From Eledone cirrhosa (Eukaryota): DNA of 64,000 bases. Where the stretch lies: positions 222,518,001-222,582,000 of the forward strand of contig OZ024743.1 in the NCBI GenBank assembly GCA_964016885.1, read 5' to 3'. The notes below the pieces were generated by a model, which did no database searches, was not told where the DNA came from, and saw only the letters and a program-made list of their open reading frames with translations. Positions 39,600-52,329 of the stretch are shown piece by piece (the stretch's first letter is position 1; every line of letters starts with the position of its first letter). The position numbers and the translations under genes were made by a program.

Positions 39600-39985
39600 C
39601 AAACGGCCAATACCACCACTTTACAGTGTGGGCTGGGCACTTTTTGGCATGGCATCAAAACAACCACTTTACAGTGTGGACTGGATGCGTTTTGTCATGG
39701 CACCATAACATCTACTTTGCAGTGTGGATTGGACGTTTTTCATTGTGGCCCCAACATGACTACTTCACAAGTTAAGATGGGTGCTTTTGTCGTGTTGCCA
39801 TCACACCCACTTTACAAGGTGGGCTGGGCATTTATTTTCATGTACTACCAACCCAACCACTCCACAGTGTGGACTAGGTGCCTTCTCTTGTGCCACCAAC
39901 ATGACCACCTTACAGGGTGGGCTGAGCGCTCACATGTTATGTCACCAGCACAACCACCCAGCAGGGAGGGTTATGTGCTTTTTTG
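39600..39985. repeat. Degenerate ~45-bp tandem array from the SINE B/RTE-UTR unit
   Basis: Repeated accactttacagtgtggactgg.tgcttttt units. Confidence 0.75.
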
Positions 39986-39997
39986 TAAAGTTACTTA

Positions 39998-40074
<77 letters not shown>

Positions 40075-41089
40075 TGCTCCAGCATCGCGAGGTCTAGTAA
40101 TTGGAACCAGTTAAAGAATAGTGCAATATATGTTTTAATCAATGCACTGTGAGTGAAATTTCGTAGACATGAAGTGTATGTGTGTGTAGATGTTTATGTT
40201 TACTGTGATTTTTGTGGTTAACCAGAACGACATTAATATAATAAGTACCAGTCTTGAAAAGAATAAGCAGTAAGATTGATATAATCGACTAAATCTCTTG
40301 AAGGCATGTGCCCCAGCATGGCCACGGTCTAATGACTGAAACCAGTAAAAGAATATATATGTATATTTGTATCCACATATGAGCACACATGCAAACACAC
40401 TTTGATAATGACAAAAGCCACACACAGACATTTAATCTCACCACTGCCCCTCCTCCTCCCCCCACACACATTTAACCAATTTCCAACACTACCACCCCTA
40501 CTACCACTCATATTACTAACACCTAATCACACCAAACAAAAAAGTCCTCTGTTTAACAAACTAAAAAGAAGCCTTGTCGATGATATATATCCTTTCATTT
40601 CATTGCTGATTTTTATCAAGAAAACCAAAGTATAAATAAATAGAATTAAAAAAAAATAAACGGATTTCATTTGAAAACAAAATCTTCATGATAAATTTCA
40701 TCTCATTTTTCCTTGCCACCACCACCACCACAACAACAATCACCACCACTGCCATTGCCACGACAACCACCACCACTGCCACCCTCACCACTACTGTCAC
40801 TATCACAACCAACACCACCACTGCTAAAATCCACCACCACCACCACCCCCACCAAAGACACAGACTGGAGTTGTTTCCACATGTGTCGTAGTTATTTTGT
40901 CCGTTGTTTTTAAGTAAACACATAAACCAAACGTTTGTTAGAAATTTATCACTAGAATTAATAAGGAAGGAGCATAGTTTAGTGGTTAGGGTGTTTAGCT
41001 CACAATAGTATGGTCATGAGTTTGATTCTTGGTGATATATTGTGTCCTTGAGCAAGATACTTATTTCAGATTGCTAGTATCCTGTGAAC

Positions 41090-41445
41090 TCTTGCTACTT
41101 ACTGCTCCTGTGCATTGACTACATATAAAACCTATGTTCTTTGCTAGCCTGCCTGAGATCCCACAACATCCCTTGTGTACCCATGTTTGCATTTGGGAAT
41201 AGGATGGAATTTCTACCTACTCCTTTCCTGCACACTGAGCAATGCCATTTCCCTGGGGGAATCTGGGCCCCGTTTTCCTTTCTACATACCAGGACTTTAA
41301 TCTTTGACCTGTCGGCTTTTGATTCTAGACCATGCTTCAAGACCTTTTGATTCTAGACCATGCTTCCAGGTTTGGAATTTCTTCTCTAACCCTGCCATAG
41401 TTTCAGCTATAAGGGTTAAATCATCTGCATACAAGAGTTCTGATG
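41090..41445 (-). mobile_element. RTE LINE fragment (YADD region and PHD-like finger)
   Basis: Reverse ELLYADDL, WKHGLESK, GKWHCSVCRKGVGRNSI. Confidence 0.85.
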
Positions 41446-41456
41446 GGCAAAATCAA

Positions 41457-41645
41457 GCTATAGGTCTACATCAGGCAATAGGTCAACCTCAGGCTATAGG
41501 TCAACCTCAGGCTATAGGTCTACTTGAAAATAAGTCAACTTGATGCTATGGGGGGGGGGGGCAAATTTGAGATATAGGTCTACCTCAGGCAATATGTCTA
41601 CCTCAGGTTATAGGTCACCCACAGGCTAGAGATCAACTCAGACTA
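41457..41645. repeat. 18-bp tandem repeat (ctataggtcaacctcagg)n
   Basis: Two short runs of units. Confidence 0.8.
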
Positions 41646-42101
41646 GGATAAAGTCACTTGTACAAGATATCATGCTGTGGGCTCAAACCTGATGCCTCAT
41701 GATTGCAAAACAAACTTCTTAACCAAATAGAATATTAATTAAAGGAGAAAAATACTGAATTTCATGTGTGTTGGTCAGATTTTATGTAGCATTGCTTCTT
41801 AACAATCAATGTAGTTTGTCTTGAACAGGATACAAATACACACATATACACATGACAACATACACACACAGACACACATGGCCACACATAAGTAAGTACA
41901 TACGTATAAACATGACCACATCTACATAAGTACATACATATACACATGACAACACATACACAAGTGTATATATATATATATATATATATAAGTTAAAACA
42001 ATGAAATAAAAAAATCAAGTCATTAGAGATATACTTCACTGCTTTACGATCATTTCTAGATGGTGATAGACCCCACAACTTACAGTGGATACCTCTGTGT
42101 A

Positions 42102-42137
<36 letters not shown>

Positions 42138-42142
<5 letters not shown>

Positions 42143-42327
42143 AAATGTTCAAGACCCCGACGGTAGAGCTCGAGCCCTTACGACGGCCATTTCTGAGAAA
42201 TAGCCGTCGAAACGGCTCGAGCTCTGCCGGCAGGGTCTTGAACATTTTCCTATTACCCACTCTACTACCCTAAGTATTGAGTACTCTGGTGCGTTATGGT
42301 CCACCTGGCTCCTTACCACACTTCGTT
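42138..42327 (+). mobile_element. Palindrome-plus-tail cassette in (TA)n; probable Penelope-like remnant
   Basis: 57-bp inverted arms 42138-42252 then ~75-bp tail homologous to 63433-63507 (reverse). Confidence 0.7.
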
Positions 42328-42398
<71 letters not shown>

Positions 42399-42475
42399 TA
42401 TACACACACACTTAACCACCTATAAACAAGTTTATATATATACACATAACCATATATACGCAAGTACATATATAT

Positions 42476-42823
42476 CATCATTCATTCATCATTTCATTTT
42501 ACGTCCGCTTGTCCCTGCTTGCAAGGGTGGGACGGGAACTGATTCTGGCTTGATTTCTACAGCTGGATGCCCTTCCTAACACCAACCTCATTTACAGTGA
42601 GTTCTGGGTGCTTTTTTTTTGCCGTGGCACCTCCACAACCACTTTGCAGTGGAATGATAGGAACCCCAGTCCCTATCATTTTATTTCTACAGCTGAGTAA
42701 ACTGGAGCAATGTGAAATAAAGTGTCTTGCTCAAGGAAACAAAACATCACCCGGTCTGAGAATTGAACTCACAACCTTTTGATTGTAAGGCCAATGCTCT
42801 AACCACTAAGCCATGTGCCTCCA
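42476..42823 (-). mobile_element. Mosaic SINE C (tRNA head + CORE-like + Nin-like + RTE tail), full length; partial repeat follows to ~42965
   Basis: Near-identical to 50235-50569 and 63641-63888. Confidence 0.88.
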
Positions 42824-45132
42824 TTGCTTTTTCCCTGCTTGCAAGGGTGGGACGGTAACTGATTCTGCCTTGATTTCTACAGCTGGATGCCCTTCCTAAC
42901 ACCAACCTCATTTACAGTGAGTGCTGGGTGCTTTTTTGCCGTGGCGCCTCTACGACCACTTTGCATATATATAAATATATATATACATGTAACCTAACAT
43001 ACACAAGTATGTATATATATATATGTGTGTATACATATATATACATATACACACATATATATATGACCATACATAAACAAGTATATCTTTACAGTTGCAG
43101 GATATAATCCAAATGACTTATCCATTAACATCAATCATACCTTTTTTTTTTATGCACTGGAACCATAATCACAAATGGTGATGATGATGATGATGATGAT
43201 GAAAACGAAAATGATGATGATGACGATGATAATGTTGTGGATAATGATGACGATGAAAATGATGATTACGATGATGATGTTGATGACGGTCATGATGATG
43301 ATAATGATGATGGTGATGATGATAATGATGGTAATGATGATGATGGTGATGGTGATGGTGATGATGATGATGACGATGACGGTCGTGATTATGGTCATGA
43401 TGATGATGATAATGATGACGATGACTACGATGATGATGATTATGATAATGATAATGATGACGATGATGATGATGATAACTGCATGTAATGAATACGTGAC
43501 GATGCAATATAATTTCCAGTTGTTAATGAGCCACGTTTCATAGTTGCAGCAGAAATTTACTCCAAATTGTGCAGAGGGAAAATATAATTTAAACAAACAA
43601 GATATTAAAAAGGGGAGAAAGTATTAGTAGAACAGAGAGAGAGAGAGTGTGTGTGTGTGTGTGTGTGTGTGCTAGTAGAACATTCTATAAGAGTGAGAGA
43701 GGGGATTAATAGAAAATTCTGAGAAAGAGAGTGTGTGTTTATGTGTATGAGGGAGAGAGAGTAATATTCTGAGAGAGACAGTATTAGTAGAATATTCTAT
43801 GAGAGAATGTGTTTGTGTGCATGAGAAAAAAAGAGAAAGAGAGTGATTATTAGAACATTCTATGAGAAAGAGAATGTGTGAATGTGTGTGAGAGAGAGGG
43901 GGGGAGAGGGGGAGAGAGAGAGAGGGAGGGAGGGAGAGAGAGAGAGAGAGGGAGGGAGAGAGAGAAAGAAAGAACCAAAAAAGAAAGAGAGAAAATGTTT
44001 TCACCATAATTAGTGTTGATATTTGAAATAGTTAAGTTAAAAAACAAAAAAAAGGGTTTAAAGAATCTTAGCTTTAATTTTATGTGAACGAACTAAACAG
44101 CAGAATTATTCATGGAGTCTTCAATGAAAGTTACTAAATTTGGCAGAGTAAATGTAAAAGATAAAATACCATGAAGTAAATAATATTAAATAAGAATGAA
44201 GAACTGTGTGATACAATCAATAAGACTAGTTTGAATTGCAGAGTGATATAGGATATAGAACTATAAATACGTTTGTATTTGCCTGTTGATATATATTTAT
44301 TTATGTCTATTTTCTTACTCAATAAAACTAGGACGAGCTAACAAACGCCTCTAAGCTTCATCATTTGATCTGTTAAAAATGGCAACCAAATCTCCCTCAT
44401 ATCACACCCTTCCTCAAGGCATCTTTCAATTAAAGTTCCTCTCCAAAGTGCAAGCAGTCGCCCATGCCTGCCAGGCTCCCATCTCAACATTGTCCAAGGG
44501 AAAGCAAGGTAAAGGCCAGCCAATACAGCTTGGTGGCAGTGTTATCAAGACTCATTTTTTTCAAGCTTTATGGACTGGAGCAATATGAAATAAATAGACA
44601 TGCTGAAGGATACTACTAAGTCATGCACTTTCATTTATGAAAAAGGAAGGTCACATTAGACAATGTAGTCTTAGATACACTGTATCAGAAACAGAGACTA
44701 AATAAAGAGTAAAAGTTTTTGATCATAGGTCTACTTTGCCTTTTTTTTTTTTTTTTTTGAAGGGGATAAATAAAAGCTGACTGGATGAATACAGCAAGTA
44801 AATTTTGATTAGATAGATGTGATGTGTAGTCATTGCTTAACTTCAAATCAATCCTGAAGTAATACAAGAAGGCATTGTCATACAATCCACCAAGCTAATA
44901 TGATTATCATCATATGAAGGAACCTATGAGCAAGGAGTAAGACATCCTCTGACCCATCTAGCTAGCATGGGTTGTGCTATTGTGAGATAAGTCAAATCAG
45001 ATGACCATGTCTTGCTCAAACAGAACTGTTTCTGACTTAGTTTCAACAGCTAGATGCCCTTCCTAATGCTGACTACATTAATTATTGCATTATTAAGATG
45101 GTACTTATAACATAAGTGTAAGAACCATCTTG

Positions 45133-45260
45133 AAATAGACTTAAGTTCTCAATGAGCCTGCACCCCAGGATGTATACCATCCACCAAGTATTTCCATCAA
45201 ACAGGCCAAGCTGAATGCTGTGCAGCAGTTCTGTTATCTTGGGAGTGTCATTTCCACCAA
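45133..45260 (+). pseudogene. Fragment of a second RTE (BovB-like) LINE family
   Basis: EPAPQDVYHPPSISIKQAKLNAVQQFCYLGSVIS. Confidence 0.7.
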
Positions 45261-45320
45261 CCTTCCCAAAACCACTTCTGGTTTTATAAAACAAATCTAC
45301 TCATTTTACAGCATTACTAT

Positions 45321-45548
45321 TTAACCCTTTAGTGTTCAAACCGGCCAAAACCGGCCAGAATTCTCTACCTCTTTCTGTTGAAACTGGCTGTAACTGGTCA
45401 CTCAAACTGATGTTAAGGTATTGTTCTCAAAATAAATACTTTCAAAATCTCATAGATTCGATATTATGTGAGATATTTATGTGAGGTAAAGCCTTTACCA
45501 TGAAAATATAATAGTATATATAAAATAAGGTGAATGCTAAAGGGTTAA
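45321..45548 (+). mobile_element. piggyBac-type MITE family 1
   Basis: TTAA ends and TIRs. Confidence 0.88.
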
Positions 45549-45719
45549 ATTAAAACTTTTCAACATAATTTCATATAAGAATCTTTTGTTAAATGACAAT
45601 ACAAATACTATCATAATAATGAAATAATTAATAATTTTAGTAAATCCTTTCAAATTCTTCCTTAATTCAGATATAGTAATGGAAGGGTTAATCTTCATGA
45701 TACAAAACCACCTGAAACT

Positions 45720-46160
45720 AGACCAGGTTCTATGATACAAAACTGTGTATTTTAAAGTGTCTATATTTGTCTAAATGCCTTTCAACATAATTTTATATAA
45801 AATCTTTTAAGTTATGTTCAAAACCACTTGAAACGGGTCCAGATTCACTGATAAAGAACTGTTTATCTTAAAGTGTTTATAATTATCTAAATGCCTTCCA
45901 TCATAATTTTATGTAAGAACTTTTGTTAAAGTATCTTCGAAACACCCCTGGTTCTATGATACAAAGCTGTTTGCTTTAAAGAGTCTCTATTTATCTAAAT
46001 GCCTTCCATCATAATTTTATGTAAGAACTTTTGTTAAGGTATGTTCCAAACAACCCTCGTTCTATGATACAAAGCTGTTTGTTTTAAAGTGACTATATTT
46101 ATCTAAATGCCCTCCAACAATTTTATCTGAAAACCTTTGTTAAGTTACATTCCAAACACA
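45720..46160. repeat. ~90-110-bp tandem amplification of a MITE family 2 internal segment
   Basis: Four units of ggttctatgatacaaa..atctaaatgccttccatcataattttat.. Confidence 0.75.
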
Positions 46161-46379
46161 ACCTCAACAATAAGTTATATTACTAAATCCATCCAATTTT
46201 TTTAATATTTTCAAAATTATCTAAATATCATAGGCAATGTCTTTCATTGGAAGTATGGTAAAAAAATGGATGAAGTTACATCTGAAAGTGGTAAGACCAG
46301 ACAAAATGATGCAGGATTGAAATAGGTTTTATGCTGTTATAAAATATATCAATACTATATGGCAGACCATAAAGAAAAT

Positions 46380-46700
46380 GGTTCATTGGATGAGCAGAAT
46401 ATCGCTGAGAGAAAGAGAGACAAACAAGGAGTTGCAGAGGATAGTGGTAATAGAACCAATGAAATGGTTGGGTTAAATGTTGAAGAAGGATGATGGATAA
46501 CAGGAATAGAGACAGTAATGAATACTGTGAAGAAAAATTGAGCGAGATGGTTGGGACATGTCTTGAAGAAGAATGAAAGTTACTGGGTGAGAAGAGTAAC
46601 AGAAAAATGTAGAAGAAAGTAGAGAAAAGAGGAGACCAAAAAAGACATAAGTAAATCTAATGAAAGAGGAAATGAAAGCCAAGGCTTGGTATGTGTGATA
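46380..46700 (+). mobile_element. Old RTE-type LINE C-terminal fragment
   Basis: RWLGHVLKKNESYWVRRV..RPKKT. Confidence 0.65.
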
Positions 46701-47609
46701 CAGACAGTAGGGCAACATACAGAAACTTGTCAAGCATCCCGCAAGGCTAACACACAGCTTTAGCAGCAAAAAGAGTATTAAAAGCTATCCGTATGGACCT
46801 TTACATTCTGAGTTTAAATCCTGCTAAGGTTAGCTTTGCCTTTCATCCTTACGGGGTCAACAAAAAAAAGTACCAGCAACACACTGGGGTCAATTTAATC
46901 AACATTCATTCCCCCTTCCCTTCAAATTGCTGGCCTTGTGCTAAAGGTAGGACCAATACAAGCAATGACAGATCAGAATAAACAAATGTTAAAATATTGA
47001 TTATGATGATGATGGTGTTTATATAGGGACTTTGGCAAAATAAGAGAGATTATCTTCACACTATGCTAATGGTAAGAAAATAGGAGAGATTATCTTTACA
47101 CTATGCTAATGGTAGGAAAATTTCAGTTGTTAAACAGCTGACTATGCAAGTGTGGAAAAACATCAGCTCTATAAAAAGATCTGAATGCATAAATTACAGT
47201 TGATGTAGATACAGTCATGGCTATATAGTTAGGGAGTTTGTTTCACAACCATATAGAGTTTGGTTCAGTTCCACTGCATGGTATACTGGGTAAGTGTTCT
47301 CTACCATAGCCTTTGGTTTACCAATGCCTTGTGAATGAAATTTGGCAGGTAGAAACTGCAGAAGTCCATCATGTGTGTGTGTGTATATATATATATATTG
47401 CAGTTTCCATCTACTCCCTATCCTTTACAACATTTTGGTTAATCCAAATCTATGGGAAACATATTTGCCCAAGATGCCACACAATAGGATCAAACTCAGG
47501 ACCTCATGAATGAGAAGTAAACTTTTTAACCACTTAGCTATGCCTGTGTCCATATATATATATATATATATATATACAATGTCAATGTGTTAATGACAAA
47601 GCATGAATG

Positions 47610-47920
47610 AACTGAAGGAGAAGGTGGGTTGAAGAGGAATCTGAAGTGGTGTGCAGAAGAGAAGACTGTTGGCATGGATATGTGATGTGTATGGATGATG
47701 ATCATTGGGTGAAGAAGTGCCAAGAAATTCCAGAGGAAGGAAGCCACAGTAGAGAAATACCAAGGAAGACCTTGGCAGCAGTCATGAGAGCGGTTCTCAA
47801 ATTGTTGGAGCTCATAGTAGAGATGACAAGGGATCACGACAAATTGAGAGATGGTGTGCTGAAAAGGACCTGTCCAACCCATGTTAACATCAAAAAGCAG
47901 CCATAAAATAATGATGATGA
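47610..47920 (+). mobile_element. RTE LINE 3' end
   Basis: WHGYVMCMDDDHWVKKC..PRKT and tail. Confidence 0.8.
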
Positions 47921-48534
47921 TATATGAGAGAGATAGATAGGGAGAGTAGATGTGGTGGGGTGGAGGCAGTGGTGGTGGAGTTGATGATAACAACAGTGAT
48001 GGCTGCTGTAGTATAATTAGTATAATGAAAATAAATAGTGATGATAAACATAACAGTGACAACAAAGATGACAACGATGATGTTTATCTCCAAATCAAAT
48101 GACGACGACGATGATGATGATGTTGACAATGTTGATATGATGGTGGCGACGATGATTATGATGATGATGATGATGGTGATGTTGACAATGTTGATATGAT
48201 GGTGGCGACGATGATGATGAGGGTGGTGGTGGAGATGATGAAGACGGCGACGATAATAATAACAATGACATTGATGATGTTGACGATATTGTTGACAATG
48301 ATGATGATGATGATGATGATATCAACAATGGGTTCTGATAAAGAATGAATAATAACACTAATAATAATAACAATAATAATAATGGGGGAAAAGAAAGAGG
48401 ACATTAATGGAAAAAACATGGCCCGGAAATTTGGAGACTGATTTTTGCTGAGAAGCTCTTACTGAAGGAAACATTATATAATATAGAGTAGCTTGACTAG
48501 TGGTTCTGTTAGAGTAGCAGAGTTGGGTGTGGAT

Positions 48535-49680
48535 TGGTGTGTATGTGTGTATGTGTGTGTATGTGTATGTGCGTGTGTTGATGTGTGTGTGTGTATGTAT
48601 TGATGTGTGTGTATGTATGTATGTATTGATATGTGTGTGTGTGTGAGTGGGTGTATTGGTGTGTGTGTGTATGTATGTATGTATGGATGTATGTGTGTGT
48701 GTGTGGATGTATGTGTGTGTATGTATGTGTGTGTGTATGTATGTATTGATGTGTGTGTGTGTATTGATGTGTGTGTGTGTGTGTATGCATTGATGTATGT
48801 GTGTGTATGCATTGATGTATGTGTGTGTATGTATTGATGTGTATGTGTGTGTGTGTATGTATTGATGTGTGTGCGTGTGTATGTATGTATGTATTGATGT
48901 ATGTGTGTGTGTGTGTGTGTATGTATGTACTGATGTATGTGTGTGTGTATGTATGTATTGATGTATGTGTGTGTGTGTGTATATGTATTGATGTGTGTGT
49001 GTGTATGTATGCGTTGATGTGTATGATTAGTCGACTAGTTGTTCTGTTAGAGTAGCATAGCTGTGTATGTGTTGATGTGTGTGTATTGATATGTGTGTGT
49101 ATGTGTATTGATGTGGATGTATGTGTATATTGATGTGTGTGTATGTGTAAATGAGTGGGTGTGTGTATGTGTAAAAGACTGTGTGTGTGTGTATGAGTGT
49201 GTGTGTGTGTGTGTGACAGTGGGGGTGCTGACAGTGTGGGGGGTGACAGTGTGTGTGTGACGCTGTATGAGTGTGTGGACGCTGTATATATGAGTGTGTG
49301 TGTGACAGTGGGGAGGGGCTGACAGTGTGGGGGGTGAGTGTGTGTGTGTGTGTGTGACAGTGGGGGGATGACATGGAGGGGGGGGGGGGCAGTGTGTGTG
49401 TGTGACAGTGGGGGGGGGGGGCTGAATGGAGGGGAGGGGGCAGTGTGTGTGTGTGTGTGTGTGCAGAATATGTTTAACTGTGGCTGTGTGTGGCCAATTT
49501 CATATGTATGTGTGTGTGTGTCTCTGTTTGTCTGTGTGTGTGGATTTATGTATGAGAGGATGTAGTTTGTGTGTGGCCAATGGTAATTTTTATGATTTTA
49601 TTTGTGTGTGTTTGTGTTTGTGTTTGTGTGTGTATGTGTGAGAGAGAGGGTGTGTGTATGTGTGAGAGAGGGTGTGTGTA
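48535..49680. repeat. Compound (TG)n / gtattgatgt microsatellite field
   Basis: Direct. Confidence 0.9.
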
Positions 49681-49806
49681 TTTCTGTGTTGTGAATTTGG
49701 AATAGAAAACAAGAATTTGCATAGTAGTGTGTTTCTATATAAGTAGAGAGAGAGAAGACGAGGGCGAAATAAAGAGAGTAAGAAGGAATGAAATAAAGAA
49801 AGAATT

Positions 49807-49855
<49 letters not shown>

Positions 49856-50234
49856 ATGCACTATTGTGACAGTATTACTGGAGATTTCAGTAATGTATGT
49901 GAATCTGAGGAAATGTGTGTGTGAGAGTATGAATGAATGTAAATGTGAGCTAGTGTGTATATGTATGTATAGATAGATAGATAGATAGAGATATATATTT
50001 AGGTTCCGGATTTGTGTCGGGGTTGAGGGGAACCACAATTAAAAAAGGTACTCAATACATTGACAGAGTATAGGCATTTTTTATTTTATATAGAAATTAC
50101 TTCTACAGGACTGGACTAGAAATGTTTCATTTGTCTGAAATCATCAGGAATATATAAATATATCTATGAATGGAAATATGTATATATATATATATATATA
50201 TATGAATGGAAATGTGTGTGTGTATATATATATA

Positions 50235-50569
50235 TCATCATTTCATTTTACGTCCGCTTTTCCCTGCTAGCAAGGTTGGGACGGGAACTGATTCTGGCTT
50301 GATTTCTACAGCTGGATGCCCTTCCTAACACCAACCTCATTTACAGTGAGTGCTGGGTGCTTTTTTGTCGTGGCACCTGCACGACCACTTTACAGAGGAA
50401 TGATATGGATCCCAGTCCCTATCATCTCATTTCTACAGCTGAGTAAACTGGAGCAATGTGAAATAAAGTGTCTTGCTCAAGGAAACAACACATCACCCAG
50501 TCTGAGAATTGAACTCACAACCTTCCGATTGCAAGGCCAATGCTCTAACCATTAAGCCATGTGCCTCCA
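50235..50569 (-). mobile_element. Mosaic SINE C, full length
   Basis: Matches 42476-42823. Confidence 0.9.
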
Positions 50570-50577
50570 TATATATA

Positions 50578-50644
50578 TATGAATGGAAATGTGTGTGTGT
50601 ATATATATATATATATATGAATGGAAATGTGTGTATATATATAA

Positions 50645-50676
<32 letters not shown>

Positions 50677-50704
50677 ATGAATGGAAATGTGTGTATATAT
50701 ATAA

Positions 50705-50736
<32 letters not shown>

Positions 50737-50764
50737 ATGAATGGAAATGTGTGTATATATATAA

Positions 50765-50796
<32 letters not shown>

Positions 50797-50824
50797 ATGA
50801 ATGGAAATGTGTGTATATATATAA

Positions 50825-50856
<32 letters not shown>

Positions 50857-50873
50857 ATGAATGGAAATGTGTG

Positions 50874-50910
<37 letters not shown>

Positions 50911-50920
50911 ATGAATGGAA

Positions 50921-50952
<32 letters not shown>
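50578..50952. repeat. 60-bp minisatellite (gaatggaaatgtgtg + TA runs)
   Basis: Exact 60-bp period. Confidence 0.95.
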
Positions 50953-50953
<1 letters not shown>

Positions 50954-51240
50954 ATTGTTTCTACTTTAGGCACAAGGACAGCAATTACTCAGTACATTAC
51001 TGGTACTTTATTTTATCGACCCGTAAGGATGAAAGGCAAATATAATGATGATATATAAGTATATGAATGGAAATATGACAGAGCGAGTGTATACATATAT
51101 ATGTGAGAGAAAGATAGATCGATAGATATTGAAACAGCTTGACTGTAGGGCTTACAAGATTTAAATATATATGTGTGTTAGCTAATGTAAACATTCAAGT
51201 TATGTATACTATATGTGTATGTTAGTTAACGTAAAGATAA

Positions 51241-51642
51241 TGTATATTATTTCTGTGTTTGTGTGTATTTGCATGTGTGTGTGTGTTAATATAAACACAA
51301 GATATGTATATTATTTCTGTGTTTGTGTGTATTTGCATGTGTGTGTGTGTTAATATAAACACAAGATATGTATATTATTTCTGTGTTTGTGTGTATTTGC
51401 ATGTGTGTGTGTGTTAATATAAACACAAGATATGTATATTATTTCTGTGTTTGTGTGTATTTGCATGTGTGTGTGTGTTAATATAAACACAAGATATGTA
51501 TATTATTTCTGTGTTTGTGTGTATTTGCATGTGTGTGTGTGTTAATATAAACACAAGATATGTATATTATTTCTGTGTTTGTGTGTATTTGCATGTGTGT
51601 GTGTGTTAATATAAACACAAGATATGTATATTATTTCTGTGT
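51241..51642. repeat. 64-bp minisatellite, ~6 identical copies
   Basis: Period 64 (51241, 51305, 51369...). Confidence 0.95.
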
Positions 51643-51833
51643 GTTTGTAAGTGCGTTAGTTAATATAAATACATTGTTTGTGTGTATGTATGTATATGTG
51701 TGTATTTGCCTGTGTGTGTATCAGTTAATATAAACACATAAGCTATGTATATTATTTCTATATGTACCCCGTCCAAACCCATGCAAGCGTGGAACACGAC
51801 GTTAAACGTTGATGATGATGATGATGATGATAT

Positions 51834-52100
51834 GGCGGTGGATTGGCAGTATCGATCGGTAGAGGGTCGGACGCCATGCTTTGACGCATAGAGTTACGGT
51901 CCTTGCCATTCTGAGTTCAAATCCCGCCGTCGGTAGAGAGTCGGACACCATGCTTTGAAGCATAGAGTTACGTCTCTTTATGATCTGAGTTCAAATCCCG
52001 CCGAGGTTAACTTTGCCTTTCATCCTTATGGGGTCGATAAAATAAAGTACCAGTAATGCGCTGAGTAATTGCTGGCCTTGTGCCAGAAAGTAGAAACATT
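51834..52100 (+). mobile_element. SINE A with duplicated head, preceded by an RTE/SINE B tail (51766-51831)
   Basis: Two B boxes gagttcaaatcccgccg. Confidence 0.88.
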
Positions 52101-52329
52101 TATTTCTATATGTGTATGTGTGTGTTAGTTAATATAAACACATAAGCTATGTATATTATTTCTATATATACTGTAGTGATGGCTGGTTGTATTAGTGTAG
52201 CGATGGTAGTAGCTATAATAAACTGTAGTGGTGTTAGCCAGAGGTAGATATGTAAGGTGGTAGTAGCTGTAATGCTGGTTGTTATAGCCATAGAACTGTA
52301 TTGGTAGCTGTAGTACAGTATTGATTTTA

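Noticed and set aside
43150-43596. Asp-, His- or Met-rich ORFs
   Set aside because: Frames of a (GAT)n microsatellite; the same applies to CV/HT/IY/RE-rich ORFs throughout.
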